The translations under genes were made by a program, and so were the position numbers. The notes under the pieces were generated by a model, which worked only from the letters and a program-made list of their open reading frames with translations, was not told the DNA's origin and did not search any database. A stretch of DNA of 64,000 bases from Eledone cirrhosa (lineage: Eukaryota), in the NCBI GenBank assembly GCA_964016885.1, contig OZ024743.1, positions 195,238,001-195,302,000 of the forward strand, read 5' to 3'. Of this stretch, positions 28,558 to 42,149 are shown piece by piece. Each line of letters begins with the position of its first letter. Within the stretch, counting starts at the first letter, position 1.

Positions 28558-28929
28558 CATACATATATAAAGAAATGTATTCTCATCACTGTTCTGCTTT
28601 TCAGTTCTGTCAAATATAATATTCCATTTTTTCTCCATCATTAAACAAATCACTAAATGAAAATAATAAAGAATTAAACACGTAGCATATTTTATTAAAC
28701 TCAATTCAACGAATATATACACACACAAATCTACAGACATATATACACTCACACACACATACACACACACAGATGAACACATGCACACACACATACACAG
28801 TTGTACACATGCACACACACATACACGCGCGCACACACACACTCACTTGGCATTCGAAAGAAAATCATTTCTCAATGGGCATAATTTACACGGAGACAAA
28901 CTAATAATCCAAGAATGTAGTGAAGATGA

Positions 28930-29070
28930 AATTCAATGGGCTTGATTTTGCAAAGTCGTTAGAGCGTTGCATATTTGTTAGGTGTCTATGGTTTCTGAGT
29001 TCCAATCTTGCCACATTTCGTTCATTATTTCGCAGTCGATAAAGAAAATACCAGCCCACTACTGGGGCAG
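28930..29070 (+). mobile_element. Old degenerate SINE
   Basis: CTGAGTTCCAATC..GTCGATAAAGAAAATACCAG..ACTGGGG. Confidence 0.5.
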
Positions 29071-29384
29071 CTCTCTTTCCTTCTAGATTTCACAACCTGG
29101 ATGTCTCACTGGATCAACTGCGACAGAGATGAGAAGTTGTCTGTATCTAACGGCAACTACACGGGCACATAAAACTCATAGTGAAAGCATGGTAAATTTA
29201 TCAAGTCATTTGATTGCGATCAACAAATATAATTAATGCTCCCTACATTTAATATGTGAAAACTATGTTAGACATTGTTTCCATGCGGATGGAGTGTCTG
29301 AGTAGTGATATTCAGTGATCGATTATTTGTTTTAGATACGCTAATTAATGATACCTATTCGTCTGTGATAATCAGCTTAGTAAA

Positions 29385-29500
29385 TCACGTGGATTAGTTG
29401 TTAGATCGTTGGTTCACACTCGTGATGTTGTGAGTTTAAATCTCTGACCGGGAAATGCAATCTGTCCTTGAGCAATATATTTCATTTCATGTTCATCTAG
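29385..29500 (+). mobile_element. Second SINE family, head fragment
   Basis: GTTGTGAGTTTAAATCTCTGACCGGG..TGTCCTTGAGCAA; related minus-strand pieces at 37700-37810 and 60790-60852. Confidence 0.55.
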
Positions 29501-29899
29501 TAGTGCGAGGACTTAATCCATTTCTATAGTATTAACGATATTGAAAGCTCCATAATAGAAAAATGATCTGTTGCTGAGGTACCTCTCGTTTCTCCTCACT
29601 AGGATGAGACGGAACCGATGTTCTTATCTTTCATCGGTTATGTCGGTGAAGACTGGTATTTCGAGGAGATATAAATAAGACCCCAAAATATCCTTTGTTG
29701 TTTCCTTTAACAAAACGAAAAACTATGTCGTGCAGCTAATTTTGCATAGATCCCAGTATTAAACATGCTTAAACTGTATTAACTATTATTTTCCTGTTGT
29801 AGATGTCTCTGGTTAATTAACATCAGTGTATTCAGCAAATCTGGCTGCGTTCAAGATTTTCAACATTACTAAATATTTCAACTTACTTGACAATTCAAT

Positions 29900-30117
29900 A
29901 CATATGCAGGCACGCTCAAGGCTGTTCAGGTCAAAACATATAGCTGCAGCTGAGGATTTAGTGTTGTAGTTCTTTCTCCTGTGCCCTTTGTCCTTGAGGG
30001 CTGCACTGCAGATGTTTTCGAAGGAAGAGACAGTATGCTTGATGTTGGCACCCCTCGTATGCAGGAACCTCCAGTCAAAGCTTCGAGAGATCCAAAACAT
30101 GTGGTGGACCAACCTAT
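29900..30117. mobile_element. RTE-clade LINE fragments joined in opposite orientation
   Basis: Minus: IKHTVSSFEN..AALKDK..RRKN (RTE C-terminus-like); plus 30055-30117: CRNLQSKLREIQNMWWTNL (RTE EN-RT linker-like). Confidence 0.5.
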
Positions 30118-30181
30118 GCATATATATATATATATGTAATCATATTTTCATAGGAACCCACAATATATATATATATATATA

Positions 30182-31070
30182 TAGAAAGATTTGAATGGAT
30201 ACAGTTTAGTTGAAAGGAATTTATTGACACGTGTTTCTATAACAGTTACATAACCTGAAAACAGCTGCTATCTACAAAGTTTTAGTTATGCAGACATTCA
30301 ATATTTCAATGTTATTATTTACTGATATATATTGATATATATATGTGTATATATATATATATATGTATATATGTGTATATATATGTATATGTGTACACAT
30401 AGACTAGAGTATGTATGTATATATGTGTGTGTCTATGCGTGTGTATATAAAGATAAGTTGAGTATGAAAATGTATACACATGAACGCGTATGTATGTACA
30501 TGAATACATGTGTGTATATATATATGTATGCATGTGTATATGTATGTAAGTATGAATATGTGAATGTGAGTATATGTATTTTGTAGAGGTGTGCAAATAT
30601 ATTTGTGTGTGAATGCGTGGGTGAAAGGATACGTACACTTGAAAGAAAAATTTAAGTCTGAATGTTAATTAAGTGCAAACACAAAACCAACCACGCATAT
30701 CTTAACTATCTCTAATCCTTCTATAAATTTAGAAAAATAACCAATAATATATTCTATAAAAATGTCAAAACAACAGATGGGAATCTAATTACTCACTGCC
30801 ACCAACAATTCTCACTGCTATCAACAAACCACTCCCTCAACTATTCTTCTAACAACTTCACCCCTCCCTCCTAATATTCTCTATAAAAACCAAATAGGTC
30901 CTCAATAATATTATTCTGATGAAATGACAGTAAATAATAACATTGAAATATTGAATGTCTGCATAACTAAAACTTTGTAGATAGCAGCTGTTTTCAGGTT
31001 GTGTAACTGTTATAGAAACACGTGTCAATATATTCCTTTCAACTAAACTGTATCCATTCAAATCTTTCTA
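30182..31070. mobile_element. HHR element with inverted 5'-truncated copy
   Basis: 30182-30324 is the reverse complement of 30928-31070; the inverted copy stops just before the CTGATGA box. Confidence 0.8.
30912..31030 (+). ncRNA. Type I hammerhead ribozyme (intact, 92-nt stem II region)
   Basis: TATT-CTGATGA(30916-22)-A-ATGACAG..CTGTTAT-A-GAAA(31015-18)-CACGT-GTC-AATA. Confidence 0.75.
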
Positions 31071-31161
31071 TTTTTCTCCGGATTACTTTTGGAACTACAA
31101 CTGGAACCGTCGAGCAAACTCTACTGTGTGTAATATTTATATTACAATACAACGGAAAATA

Positions 31162-31221
<60 letters not shown>

Positions 31222-31227
31222 CGTTTA

Positions 31228-31262
<35 letters not shown>

Positions 31263-31666
31263 CCAAAGTTTAAGTGGTTCGTTGATTATTCAAGGAAATC
31301 AATTTTACAATAGATTAGAAGCACTCACAGTGATTTTTATGGAGTACTTAATATTATTCAAAATATTAATAAATGAAAAAGGGGCCGCGCGGTAGCATTA
31401 CAAGAGCCCACAGTAGCATTGCAGGGCCCACTGTTGTATTTTAGGGGCCAATGCCTTACTGAAATCTAAGAGAAAGAATAAAATAAAATTAAAATAAATA
31501 AACAATTAAGCAAAGCATTTGGTTAACCAATTCCCCAGGAAATTAATAGAAGCCAATATATACGATAGTGCAAATAGCTGGAATCAGTGGTTCTACATTC
31601 TACTAAATCTAAAGCTTAATGTATTCATTATGCATGCAAATATAGACACAGACACACAAGCATATT

Positions 31667-31731
<65 letters not shown>

Positions 31732-31767
31732 CAAAGAATAGAGGTGTAACACACAAGTTATTATATA

Positions 31768-32068
31768 TTGGTAAACGGAATAGAAAATGCTGACAAATTG
31801 TTCACAGTGAAAATTAGTTTAATTAGGAATAAGTGAGAATTAGTTATTGTATTGGTTAGTATTCAGTTTTGGTTTCAAGTTTTACCGGTTACGCATTTCT
31901 AATGCTTTTCAAAAATAATTTTGAGATAGAGCATTAGAAATGTGCAACCGGTAAAACTTGAAACCAAAACTGAATACTAACCAATACAATTACTAATTCT
32001 CACTTATTCCTAATAAAACTATTTTTCACTGTGAACAATTTGTCAGCATTTTCTATTCCGTTTACCAA
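31768..32068. repeat. Near-perfect 300-bp palindrome
   Basis: TTGGTAAACGGAATAGAAAATGCTGAC... / ...GTCAGCATTTTCTATTCCGTTTACCAA; ~140-bp arms. Confidence 0.92.
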
Positions 32069-32275
32069 CGAACTACTGACCAAATAATATTTGGTATCAA
32101 TGGGTTAAAGACATCTGAGTGAAAGAGAGAGAGAGAGAGAGAAAGAGAGAGGATGGGGAGAACTGAGCTGGAACATTGAATTGTGAAATATTGATTACAG
32201 GTTAAAATATATATATAGTCTAGATAGATGTTAAACAAAACGAGGATATAGTTTATGGAACACCCAAAGTATTTA

Positions 32276-32730
32276 GAAGTTGATCTTAAGTAGGAGCAAT
32301 AACATTAAGAAAGACATGAACGACACCACATCATTTTGTTTTGAAAATTTTGAAAGTAGGTTTATAAGTATGAAATTTCGTAAGATTTTCGTTGTTGTCT
32401 CTGTGGCCTAGCGGTAGGTAATAGAGACAGTGGAGATCCTGGGCTTGGGGTCAATCCTGGTCAAAAGGTATATATAAGCTTTTTCAGTTTTTATTTTACA
32501 ACCCATAGAAAAAAACTGAAAAGGTTTACCGGGAATACTACTACAGACCAGGATCAAACTTCAGACCCGAATCACCACTGTCTATGATACCTCCAACTAG
32601 GCCACTAAGACAGCTACGAAAGTATAATGAAAATTGATAATTATAAACCTACTTTCAAAATCAAAGATTAAAAGATGTGTTGTCGTTCATGGCATTCCTA
32701 GAGCTATTAGTAATACTTAGGGTCGACTTT
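32276..32730. mobile_element. Diverged foldback/MITE-like element with tRNA-like segments in both arms
   Basis: Arms share CATGAACGACA, TTTTGAAAGTAGGTTTATAA, GTGGCCTAG..GG, AGACAGTGG, ATCCTGGTC. Confidence 0.7.
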
Positions 32731-32967
32731 GATTCATTATTGAAAGTCTCTGGATTTCACAAAATACATAATATTTTTTATTGGAGAAGGTAAGATATTT
32801 TCCCGCAAAAATTTGATTGCGCAGTTTTGTTTCCACTTTTGTATATTTCGAAAATTTTATTTATTCATCATAACAATTAAATGATAACATTCTATATGTA
32901 GGTGGACCCTTCATCTCCTGGTAACCAATATCTTTAGACCCATTCCACCACTATATATATACATATA

Positions 32968-33283
32968 TATATGATGGCTGCCTCCTCCTTATCGAGTATG
33001 GCCATTGCATGATATACCATTATTAATAATTATTAATTAATTCTATCGTGCACTGCCTGTGCGTGAAGATATTTTTTAAAGTGAGGAAAGACTGTGCACT
33101 GAGCCAATCCCACTCTCTGAGCGACAGTAGCTATAACTCGAAAATAAGAAAAGATCAACATCATCGGTAACTACTGAGCCGCAGGTTTTATATCGGAGTT
33201 ATCCCAGATTCCTGAGTTGCCTTCTGCTAGAAGAATGCCCTGACAAAGGCTAAGAGTCCTTCACTACCAGTGGTTTAACCGTG
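32968..33283 (+). repeat. Dispersed ~310-bp repeat, copy 2
   Basis: See 3000-3312. Confidence 0.85.
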
Positions 33284-33553
33284 CGGTACATGTGTATATA
33301 CATATTTACACACTTTTGGATGGCCGTTGACTCTTATGAGTTCTTCCGCCCTTTGTCAGATTTGGTTTTTTGTCCTGCAGAGTGTCCAAAATCACCCTCC
33401 TCACCAAGTAAACTTGGTGGGGTTGCCCGTTTCGTCGCCGACGACCCGACCATGCGAGAGGTTGTACTGGGTTACATGTTACCAGTAGCACTCAAGAGTG
33501 AACCGACATATATATATATATATATATATACACACAAATTAGACTGTCTATTT

Positions 33554-33978
<425 letters not shown>

Positions 33979-34007
33979 GAAACACAAACACACAAACGAA
34001 CATACTT

Positions 34008-34315
34008 TGTTAATTTACAGGATTATACTTATATTTTTAAATATTATTTAGATATAATTAATGGCAAAAGACAAATATTGTTTTCTTGTGAACTTGAGTT
34101 TGACCGAAAAAGATTAGACTGTCTGTTCGTGTGTGTGTTTGTGTTTATTTATGTGTATATATATATATAAACATATAAACACAAACACACACAAGGACAG
34201 GCAGTCTAATCTTTTTTGGTCAAACTCAAGTTCACAAGAAAACAATATTTGTCTTTTGCCATTAATTATATCTAAATAATATAAAAATTTATAAGTATAA
34301 TCCTGTAAATTAACA
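34008..34315. repeat. Palindrome with ~145-bp arms centred on (TA)n
   Basis: TGTTAATTTACAGGATTATACTTAT... / ...ATAAGTATAATCCTGTAAATTAACA. Confidence 0.92.
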
Positions 34316-34638
34316 TTGCAAATGTCTGCAGTAGAATATTAATGTGTTCAGTATGCTTTTACTGTATGATGCTCTTTAATATTAGAATTCAAATAATTGT
34401 AATAAGTAACGAAATAATTCTATAGAGTTTTCTAGATAAAATTAACGTCGGGAATAAAACAATAAATAACCATTTAGATTAGCCTAGCATTATGCATAAT
34501 TGTAACTTGAAAAATGCATGGAGATCCATTATTTTTTATCGAATAAATATATTTAGAATTTAATGTAATTACCGGTTATCACCATCTATAGGCATGTATA
34601 ATGCATAATTATTAATATTAATATTCATATATATATAT

Positions 34639-34784
<146 letters not shown>

Positions 34785-36784
34785 AAGTCACAATGACTAA
34801 CATGTTTTTAGCGCCATTGTGATCAAGCAGCTGCAGTGAAAATGTGTGATTAAGTAAGTCCACATATAATCGGGCAAAATAATGATTTGATAGTTCGGCA
34901 GAAAACCAAGCAATGAAAGCATTACATATAAAACGATTATTTATAAATGTTTTAAAACAATTAAAAAACGTGTGAGATGATATGGATTATAGTTTTGGGG
35001 TGGGAGAGCATTAATTAAAAATATCAACCTCTACAAACCCAAACGGCGAGTACCATGACAAAAAGTGCACCAAAACGGGGAGAAATGAGGCGAAATGGGG
35101 AGATTTTACATAATGAAAGCTATAACCATTTTCACCTTTGAAAACATCCCTCACCTACCTGAAAGTGGGTGGGCGATCTCCCCGACGAACTGTGAGAGTT
35201 GACAGGTCTGTTGTACTTAGTTAAAGACAGTAGTGCCATATCGAGCAACGGATTAAATTCCCCACTTTATATTTCCCATTTATATCATTTATAATATTTA
35301 TAACTTAGAGTATATTTATATTCGTCTTTCAAATTTTTTAAAAATTTTAAATCAACTTATATTCAAACTTAAAACATATCGACAACCCGATAAACATTCT
35401 AAAATAACACAAGCTTGTGATTTCTGTTCACACCTGTAAGGATTCACTTTATTTACTCAAATTATTTCTCTTAAATACTCATTAATGGCCCACGATCTCA
35501 TAACTTGTATTTCCGATACGAGCAAAACTATCATACTTAAAAGGAAAATAATTATCTGTTCGATTAAGTTGAACTGTCTTTCCAGTGTTTTACATAAAAA
35601 TGTACGTATTGCATGTTTAATGATTTACGGAATGTTTATGAAAAACATTTGGAAGGACTTTCGCTATGAATTTTAAGGTTGTGATAAGCGTCACATACCT
35701 AGCTCCAGCAAAAAAAAACGGAGAAAAGAATCGACAATATCACCGTTTCTGACTTACTAGTGATTATTAAGAATACATATCTCCCTGCCTTTGCTGAGCC
35801 TAAACTAAACTAGATTCTTATAGAACTCTGATTATGTTTATGAGCTGACGAAATGTGTATACAAAGCGGTAACCGACCCGGCATGAATTAAAAATGTGTA
35901 TTGGTGCTTCTACATAGTGATATATATATGAATGTTCGTATCATATATTTAATAATATACTGCCAAATGTTTTCCATAAGCATCCCGTATATTAATAAAC
36001 ATACAATACGTACATTCATACGTATATGGCGCTGTCGGAGAACCAATACCAATTTTTCAATCAGTAAATTCTAAATAGATGATTGATATTCTGTAAAAGC
36101 TGCATTGTATTGTGAACACTTAAAGTGTTTACCTGATTGATGAATCAGATGAACTTGTTGATCGTTTGTTGAGGAGAAAAATAAATTCATTCGCTATTCA
36201 TCATAGATCTGACTCCAAGTTAGACTAGTTAGGTTAATCTGGTTTGATCTTTAATTTGCTCAAACATTATTTACATCCAAGCACATTCTCAATTGACTTC
36301 CATTTATTGCTATTTTATGTCTTCTAGCTAATGGCAAAATTTTAAGTCAATAATGTTTGATATAAATTTCCGTTTTCTTTAAATTATAAATTAAGCGAAA
36401 TGAAATTTGAGTCCTCATACGACCACCGCCTGGTGGCTTTGGAAGAATGGGTGAGTACGGACTAACCACATTTTCGGTGATACACAAACTATTTTTCATT
36501 TATTAACCTATAGCTAAGGGAAATTTCTTAAGAACAGTGCAAATTTGCGTAAGTTTACATGGTAAACTTTGGTGCTAAAGTTGTTTAATTTAGTTTTCCC
36601 TTTTGAGAATTAAAATTGAAATTTAAAAAATCTAAACGGTAATATATATTTACTTATTTATCTAATTAGAGTGAATAACAGAAATAGGAAATAGAAAATA
36701 TAGAGAAGAGATCATCGAATATTCAGAGATCATCAAAAGATGCACAGGGCAACATTATAGGAATCCATTAATTATATATATATA

Positions 36785-36907
36785 TAACAACTAGAAATTG
36801 ATTAACATATAAATAAACATATGAAACCATCACAGGGGGTAATTATCCATAATTACACCCATAATTTTGATTTAGATTAAATTCATTTTGATTTATCTTA
36901 ACTTTGG

Positions 36908-36910
<3 letters not shown>
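36785..36910 (+). repeat. Short dispersed repeat between TA runs (paralog 63706-63885)
   Basis: AACTAGAAATTGATTAACATATAAATAAACAT...ACACCCATAATTTTGATTTAGATTAAATTCATTTTGATTTATCTTAA. Confidence 0.85.
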
Positions 36911-36989
<79 letters not shown>

Positions 36990-37018
36990 ATTCCAATAAT
37001 GTTAATGTTACCTTGTGC

Positions 37019-37053
<35 letters not shown>

Positions 37054-38445
37054 TAATAAGAATTACATTTTCAATGAGTACTATACACTCACACGCACGC
37101 ATACATACATATATACATAAATACATATATATATATACACACACATAAATACATAAATACATACTTACACACATACATCCGCACATCCACACATACACAC
37201 GCACGCATACATACATATATACATAAATACATATATATATACACATACATACATAAATACATACTTACACACATACATCCGTACAATCATACATACATAT
37301 GTGTTTATGGATGTATATGTGTTACGATATCAGGCATTTTCTAATCTACAATTACTGCCATTTTATTGTGTATTGGAAATGTTCGCACGGCTGTCATTTC
37401 AGAGACAGTCTACGAAATACCTATCAATATATTCAATTATGTTAACAATCCACTTTGATTTAACATTATGATAAATATGATCCACCTTTTCACCAATGTT
37501 AACGAAATCAAGTCAGGCGCCTGCATCGAAGTTTATATGAGGCACAGCAAACTTTACCGAGTCAAACGGAATATCTTGCTAGGCAATGGATGAACACAGT
37601 TCTTGCGATCTACGTTCTTTTAAAGGACGGCAAGGTGTCACTTAGAAATGAAGAGCATTCAAAGTGACCATTCAATTATCACAATACGAAAAAATTCATC
37701 AGCTCTATCACTTATATAGGGTTCTCATGAAGACAATACCCCGCCGGGAATAGAACTCAGACTTACAATTATGAGCTGAATACCCTCACCACAAAGTCAC
37801 GTGCTTTCAGATTTGCTGCATATAACAAATAGAAAACATCGACTGGCAATACTTATTTGCATATAGTGCGAGCTTGGCTGGTTATATATAATTGTAGGTA
37901 GCACTAAGAAATTAGAATTTCCAGTCGGTTTTATCTATTGCAATGATCATCACGGAAAATTCTATATAGACTTTTTCATTTCAATACGGTTTTGCGTGAG
38001 TATCAATGACGAAATATTAATTAATCTTGAAACAGCACTGTGTGACGTTCTCAAACTTGCTGCAAGTCTGTAATATATGTACAGAGGAAAAGAGAATAAA
38101 CATTTTTTCGTTACGATAAAATATTTTTCGGCGGCAGCGATGTCACCAATATGTTTATTGTATATAAACGTGTTTTCATATACATTTCTATAAGCTACTT
38201 AAATGTTGACATAGTGTTAGCACCGAATATATATAAACCTTTCTGTATCATTGTTGTGTTATATATATATATATATATATATATATAGCTAGTGCGATCG
38301 GTCGTTATTCTTGGAATCATACTTGTTTAAGTGTTGTGTTGACTCTGGACGATAAAGTATTAACTTTTCGCCCCATTGAGTGCTTTGTATTTTTCCTCAA
38401 ACAAATTGAATATTACTTGCTGTACGGCAGCTACAACGTCAGTTT

Positions 38446-38605
<160 letters not shown>

Positions 38606-39195
38606 TATATATATAATTATATATTTATATTAATATATATATATATATATGTATATGTAAATGTGTGTGTGAGTGTGTGTCTGAGTGTGAGTGTAAGTGG
38701 GTGAGAGCGTATGTATGTGTATTCAAAATTGGCTCTGTGCATTGAAGAGTGTGAAGGTGTATGATGGTTCGTATATGTGCATGTGTGCGCGTAAAAAGCC
38801 TAACAAGTAAAACACATTTATTTGAACTGAAGTCCGATAATCGCTGTATAGACGACATCTTATTATATCTAACGCATTTTTTCAGCGGTGATCATGCCGC
38901 ATTCCAGCGTATGGCAGATTCAGCATGTTAGATAATTTTACTTCAAAAACGAACTATTTTTTATTCGCTTAATATAATTTTTGAAATCAGCTTATTATTT
39001 AGAGATTTGCCCAGCCGTAGTAATGCTAAATGTCGCGTTACTAAGCTGTTAGTGTATTTTAAGAGTGACATGCACTTGATGATAGATTATACGAAATTTA
39101 ATAGCAAGGGGGATTTTACCGTCATTATGGCATTATGCTTTTAGACGTACACTGAAAATTAGGTATACATGTCCGCATACATGCATAGATGTTCT

Positions 39196-39622
<427 letters not shown>

Positions 39623-39804
39623 TAATTAAAAGGAATTCCAACTTTGTCTGATTTACTCGCTTTATTTACAATCCTTTCAAATTATAAGGATATTGTAATG
39701 AAATACTATGGTAGAATATTAAATGTTAAGTGTTAATTGAACAAGTACTTTCATGCTTTCGCAATCTTCAGGTTCATATTCTGTGGCGACAGTCAAGTTT
39801 GCAA

Positions 39805-39909
<105 letters not shown>

Positions 39910-39970
39910 CACACATATATCATACATACATATATATATATAATTGGTGTTGGATGCTTCGTAGAATCAA

Positions 39971-40066
39971 GACGTATCTGAGGACCTTGCGATTTTAAGA
40001 GTCAGGTTCGATTATCACATTGATCGTGCCTCGAGCTGGTCGCCAGAGAAACGATTGTAATATGTC
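39971..40066 (+). ncRNA. Type I hammerhead ribozyme (intact core)
   Basis: GACGTAT-CTGAGGA(39978-84)..GCGAT/GTCGC..GAAA(40048-51)-CGATT-GTA-ATATGTC-C-AATAAA; 7-bp stem I. Confidence 0.7.
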
Positions 40067-40331
40067 CAATAAATTCCATTCGTCGCAAAACTGAATCTCT
40101 TTTTTTCTGTGATATATATATATACAGGATAACAAATTATTGTTATAGGTAGTCCACGTAGATGTACTCCGAGTAGTGGATAGTATTAACGCTTGGCTAA
40201 GTTTGACTCAACAAACGTTTCCATAGTGATGCTGCGAGTACGCAGTGATTTCTATGTAGTTTAGACGTGGAGTAATAATAAATGAAGAAAGAAGAGTGAC
40301 ATGGTTTGCTATACAATAGGGGCTTTATTCA

Positions 40332-40444
40332 CATTGCCGACAATTGTTTCTCTGAACTGGTAGGTCTAGAGATCGCTACCTGCCTGTTTTTGTGTCAATC
40401 GATAACCAATACGTTGTTATAACCAGACTATTCATCAGAGCATG
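40332..40444 (-). ncRNA. Type I hammerhead ribozyme (intact core)
   Basis: Minus TGCT-CTGATGA..81 nt..GAAA-CAATT-GTC-GGCA..AATAAA; base of stem II imperfect (CTGG/CCAG further in). Confidence 0.65.
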
Positions 40445-40671
40445 CGAGAATGAAGGATATACACAAGCATGGCTTCTATATATAGTAGTGGCATTAAATC
40501 AGAACAATAATAACAATACTCAAATAAATTAGCTAGATGGTAACTAGTTAAAACAATCACAACATCAATCTAAGTAAGAATATTTCTTACTTAGATTGAT
40601 GTTGTGATTGTTTATATATATATATAAAGAATTAAAAAGAACAGAAAGATGCAGTAAAAGAGAGTTATTCG

Positions 40672-40790
40672 GTTCTTACGTACGTTTCAATAGACATCAA
40701 TTTGCCTAGATCTCGCTACATCTATAATATTATATATTTAGTAGAGTATTCGATATCCAATGCACAATCGATCCCATATCATCAGAGGTT
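40672..40790 (-). ncRNA. Type I hammerhead ribozyme candidate
   Basis: Minus CT-CTGATGA-T-ATGGG..TCTAT-T-GAAA-CGTAC-GTA-AG; palindromic stem III; only 2-bp stem I. Confidence 0.55.
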
Positions 40791-40952
40791 ATGTTCTTTT
40801 TAATTATTTATACACGCCCCGGAATATAGCTAAACTGGAATATACACCTTTTTTCTGCATTTCGTTGAGCACCACTCTGTTGTAAGCTGACATTCCACTA
40901 CACGTTACATAACACTGTGTCCTGGAAAACATCAATGCACTCGTGCATAACC

Positions 40953-40990
<38 letters not shown>

Positions 40991-41356
40991 AAGTATATAT
41001 CCCTACACGCAAAAAGCGTCTAGGGACACATGTATTTTCCAACCATATGCCAATGTGGTTCAATGGCAGGTTAATAAATTAACGAGCCAGAACATATGTA
41101 ATCAAGGTTTAGCAAATAAGAAAAAGTTTCAAAATAAATTTTAAAAGATTCACTGTACTCACTATGGTTACCTTTACCGAATCGGTTTCGAGTCTCAAAA
41201 ATAAATGGACAGTCCTTGCGGCCTTCCATTGAAAAGATAATTCCCGAGTTCAAATTACGAACTGCCACATCATTCATTCTCATCTCGGGAACAATTTTGA
41301 ATAGCGCCAGTTCGTAATTTGAACTCGGGAATTTTTTATTCTCCGAGTGAAAAGAC

Positions 41357-41442
41357 ACTTCTGACGAGAGTTTATCTTTTCAATGGAAGGCCGCAAGGAC
41401 TGTCCATTTATTTTTGAGACTCGAAACCGATTCGGTAAAGGT
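41357..41442 (+). ncRNA. Type I hammerhead ribozyme
   Basis: CTT-CTGACGA(41361-67)-GAGTTT..AGACTC-GAAA(41423-26)-CCGATTCG-GTA-AAG; cut after 41437. Confidence 0.82.
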
Positions 41443-41843
41443 AACCATAGAGAGTACAGTGAATCTTTTAAAATTTATTTTGAAACTTTTTCTTATTTGC
41501 TAAACCTTGTTTACATATGTTCTGGCTCGTTAATTTATTAACCTGCCATTGAACCACATTGGCATATGGTTGGACAATACATGTGTCCCTAGACGCTTTT
41601 TGCGTGTAGGAATATATACTTTATTATTATTTTTACTCCTCTTGGTCGAGATAACATTTGGTCGTTCTGACTGCTGCTATTTATAGTGGTAGTAGACTGA
41701 CCTCCCTGCCTCTGCTTCTATCTTTACACACGGCACTGGACAGAATTGCTTCCACATCATTCATTCTCATCTCGGAAACAATTTTGAATAGCGTCGGTTC
41801 GTAATTTGAACTCGGGGATTTTATATTCTCCGAGTGAAAAGAC

Positions 41844-41929
41844 CCTTCTGACGAGAGTTTATCTTTTCAATGGACGGCCGCAAGGACTGTCCATTTATTT
41901 TTGAGACTCGAAACCGATTCGGTAAAGGT
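41844..41929 (+). ncRNA. Type I hammerhead ribozyme
   Basis: CCTT-CTGACGA(41848-54)-GAGTTT..AGACTC-GAAA-CCGATTCG-GTA-AAGG; cut after 41924. Confidence 0.85.
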
Positions 41930-41996
41930 AACCATAATGAGTACAGTGAATCTTTTAAAATTTATTTTGAAACTTTTTCTTATTTGCTAAACCTTG

Positions 41997-42043
<47 letters not shown>

Positions 42044-42060
42044 CAACACAACGGAAAATA

Positions 42061-42129
<69 letters not shown>

Positions 42130-42149
42130 AATATGTGTATATATATATA

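Larger units (their letters stand above)
40986..42000. mobile_element. Retrozyme-like element: inverted truncated copy + 1.5 tandem 487-bp units, two intact HHRs
   Basis: Unit from ~41265 repeats at ~41752 (offset 487) to 42000; 40986-41240 is the reverse complement of ~41373-41627; (TA)n on both sides; no ORF. Confidence 0.85.

Noticed and set aside
35095-35210. hAT-like terminus GAGAGTTGACAGGTCTG
   Set aside because: No partner TIR or TSD found
40200-40270. HHR-like CATAG..CTATG-GAAACG on minus
   Set aside because: No CTGANGA box (CTAAACTA) and no clear stem I
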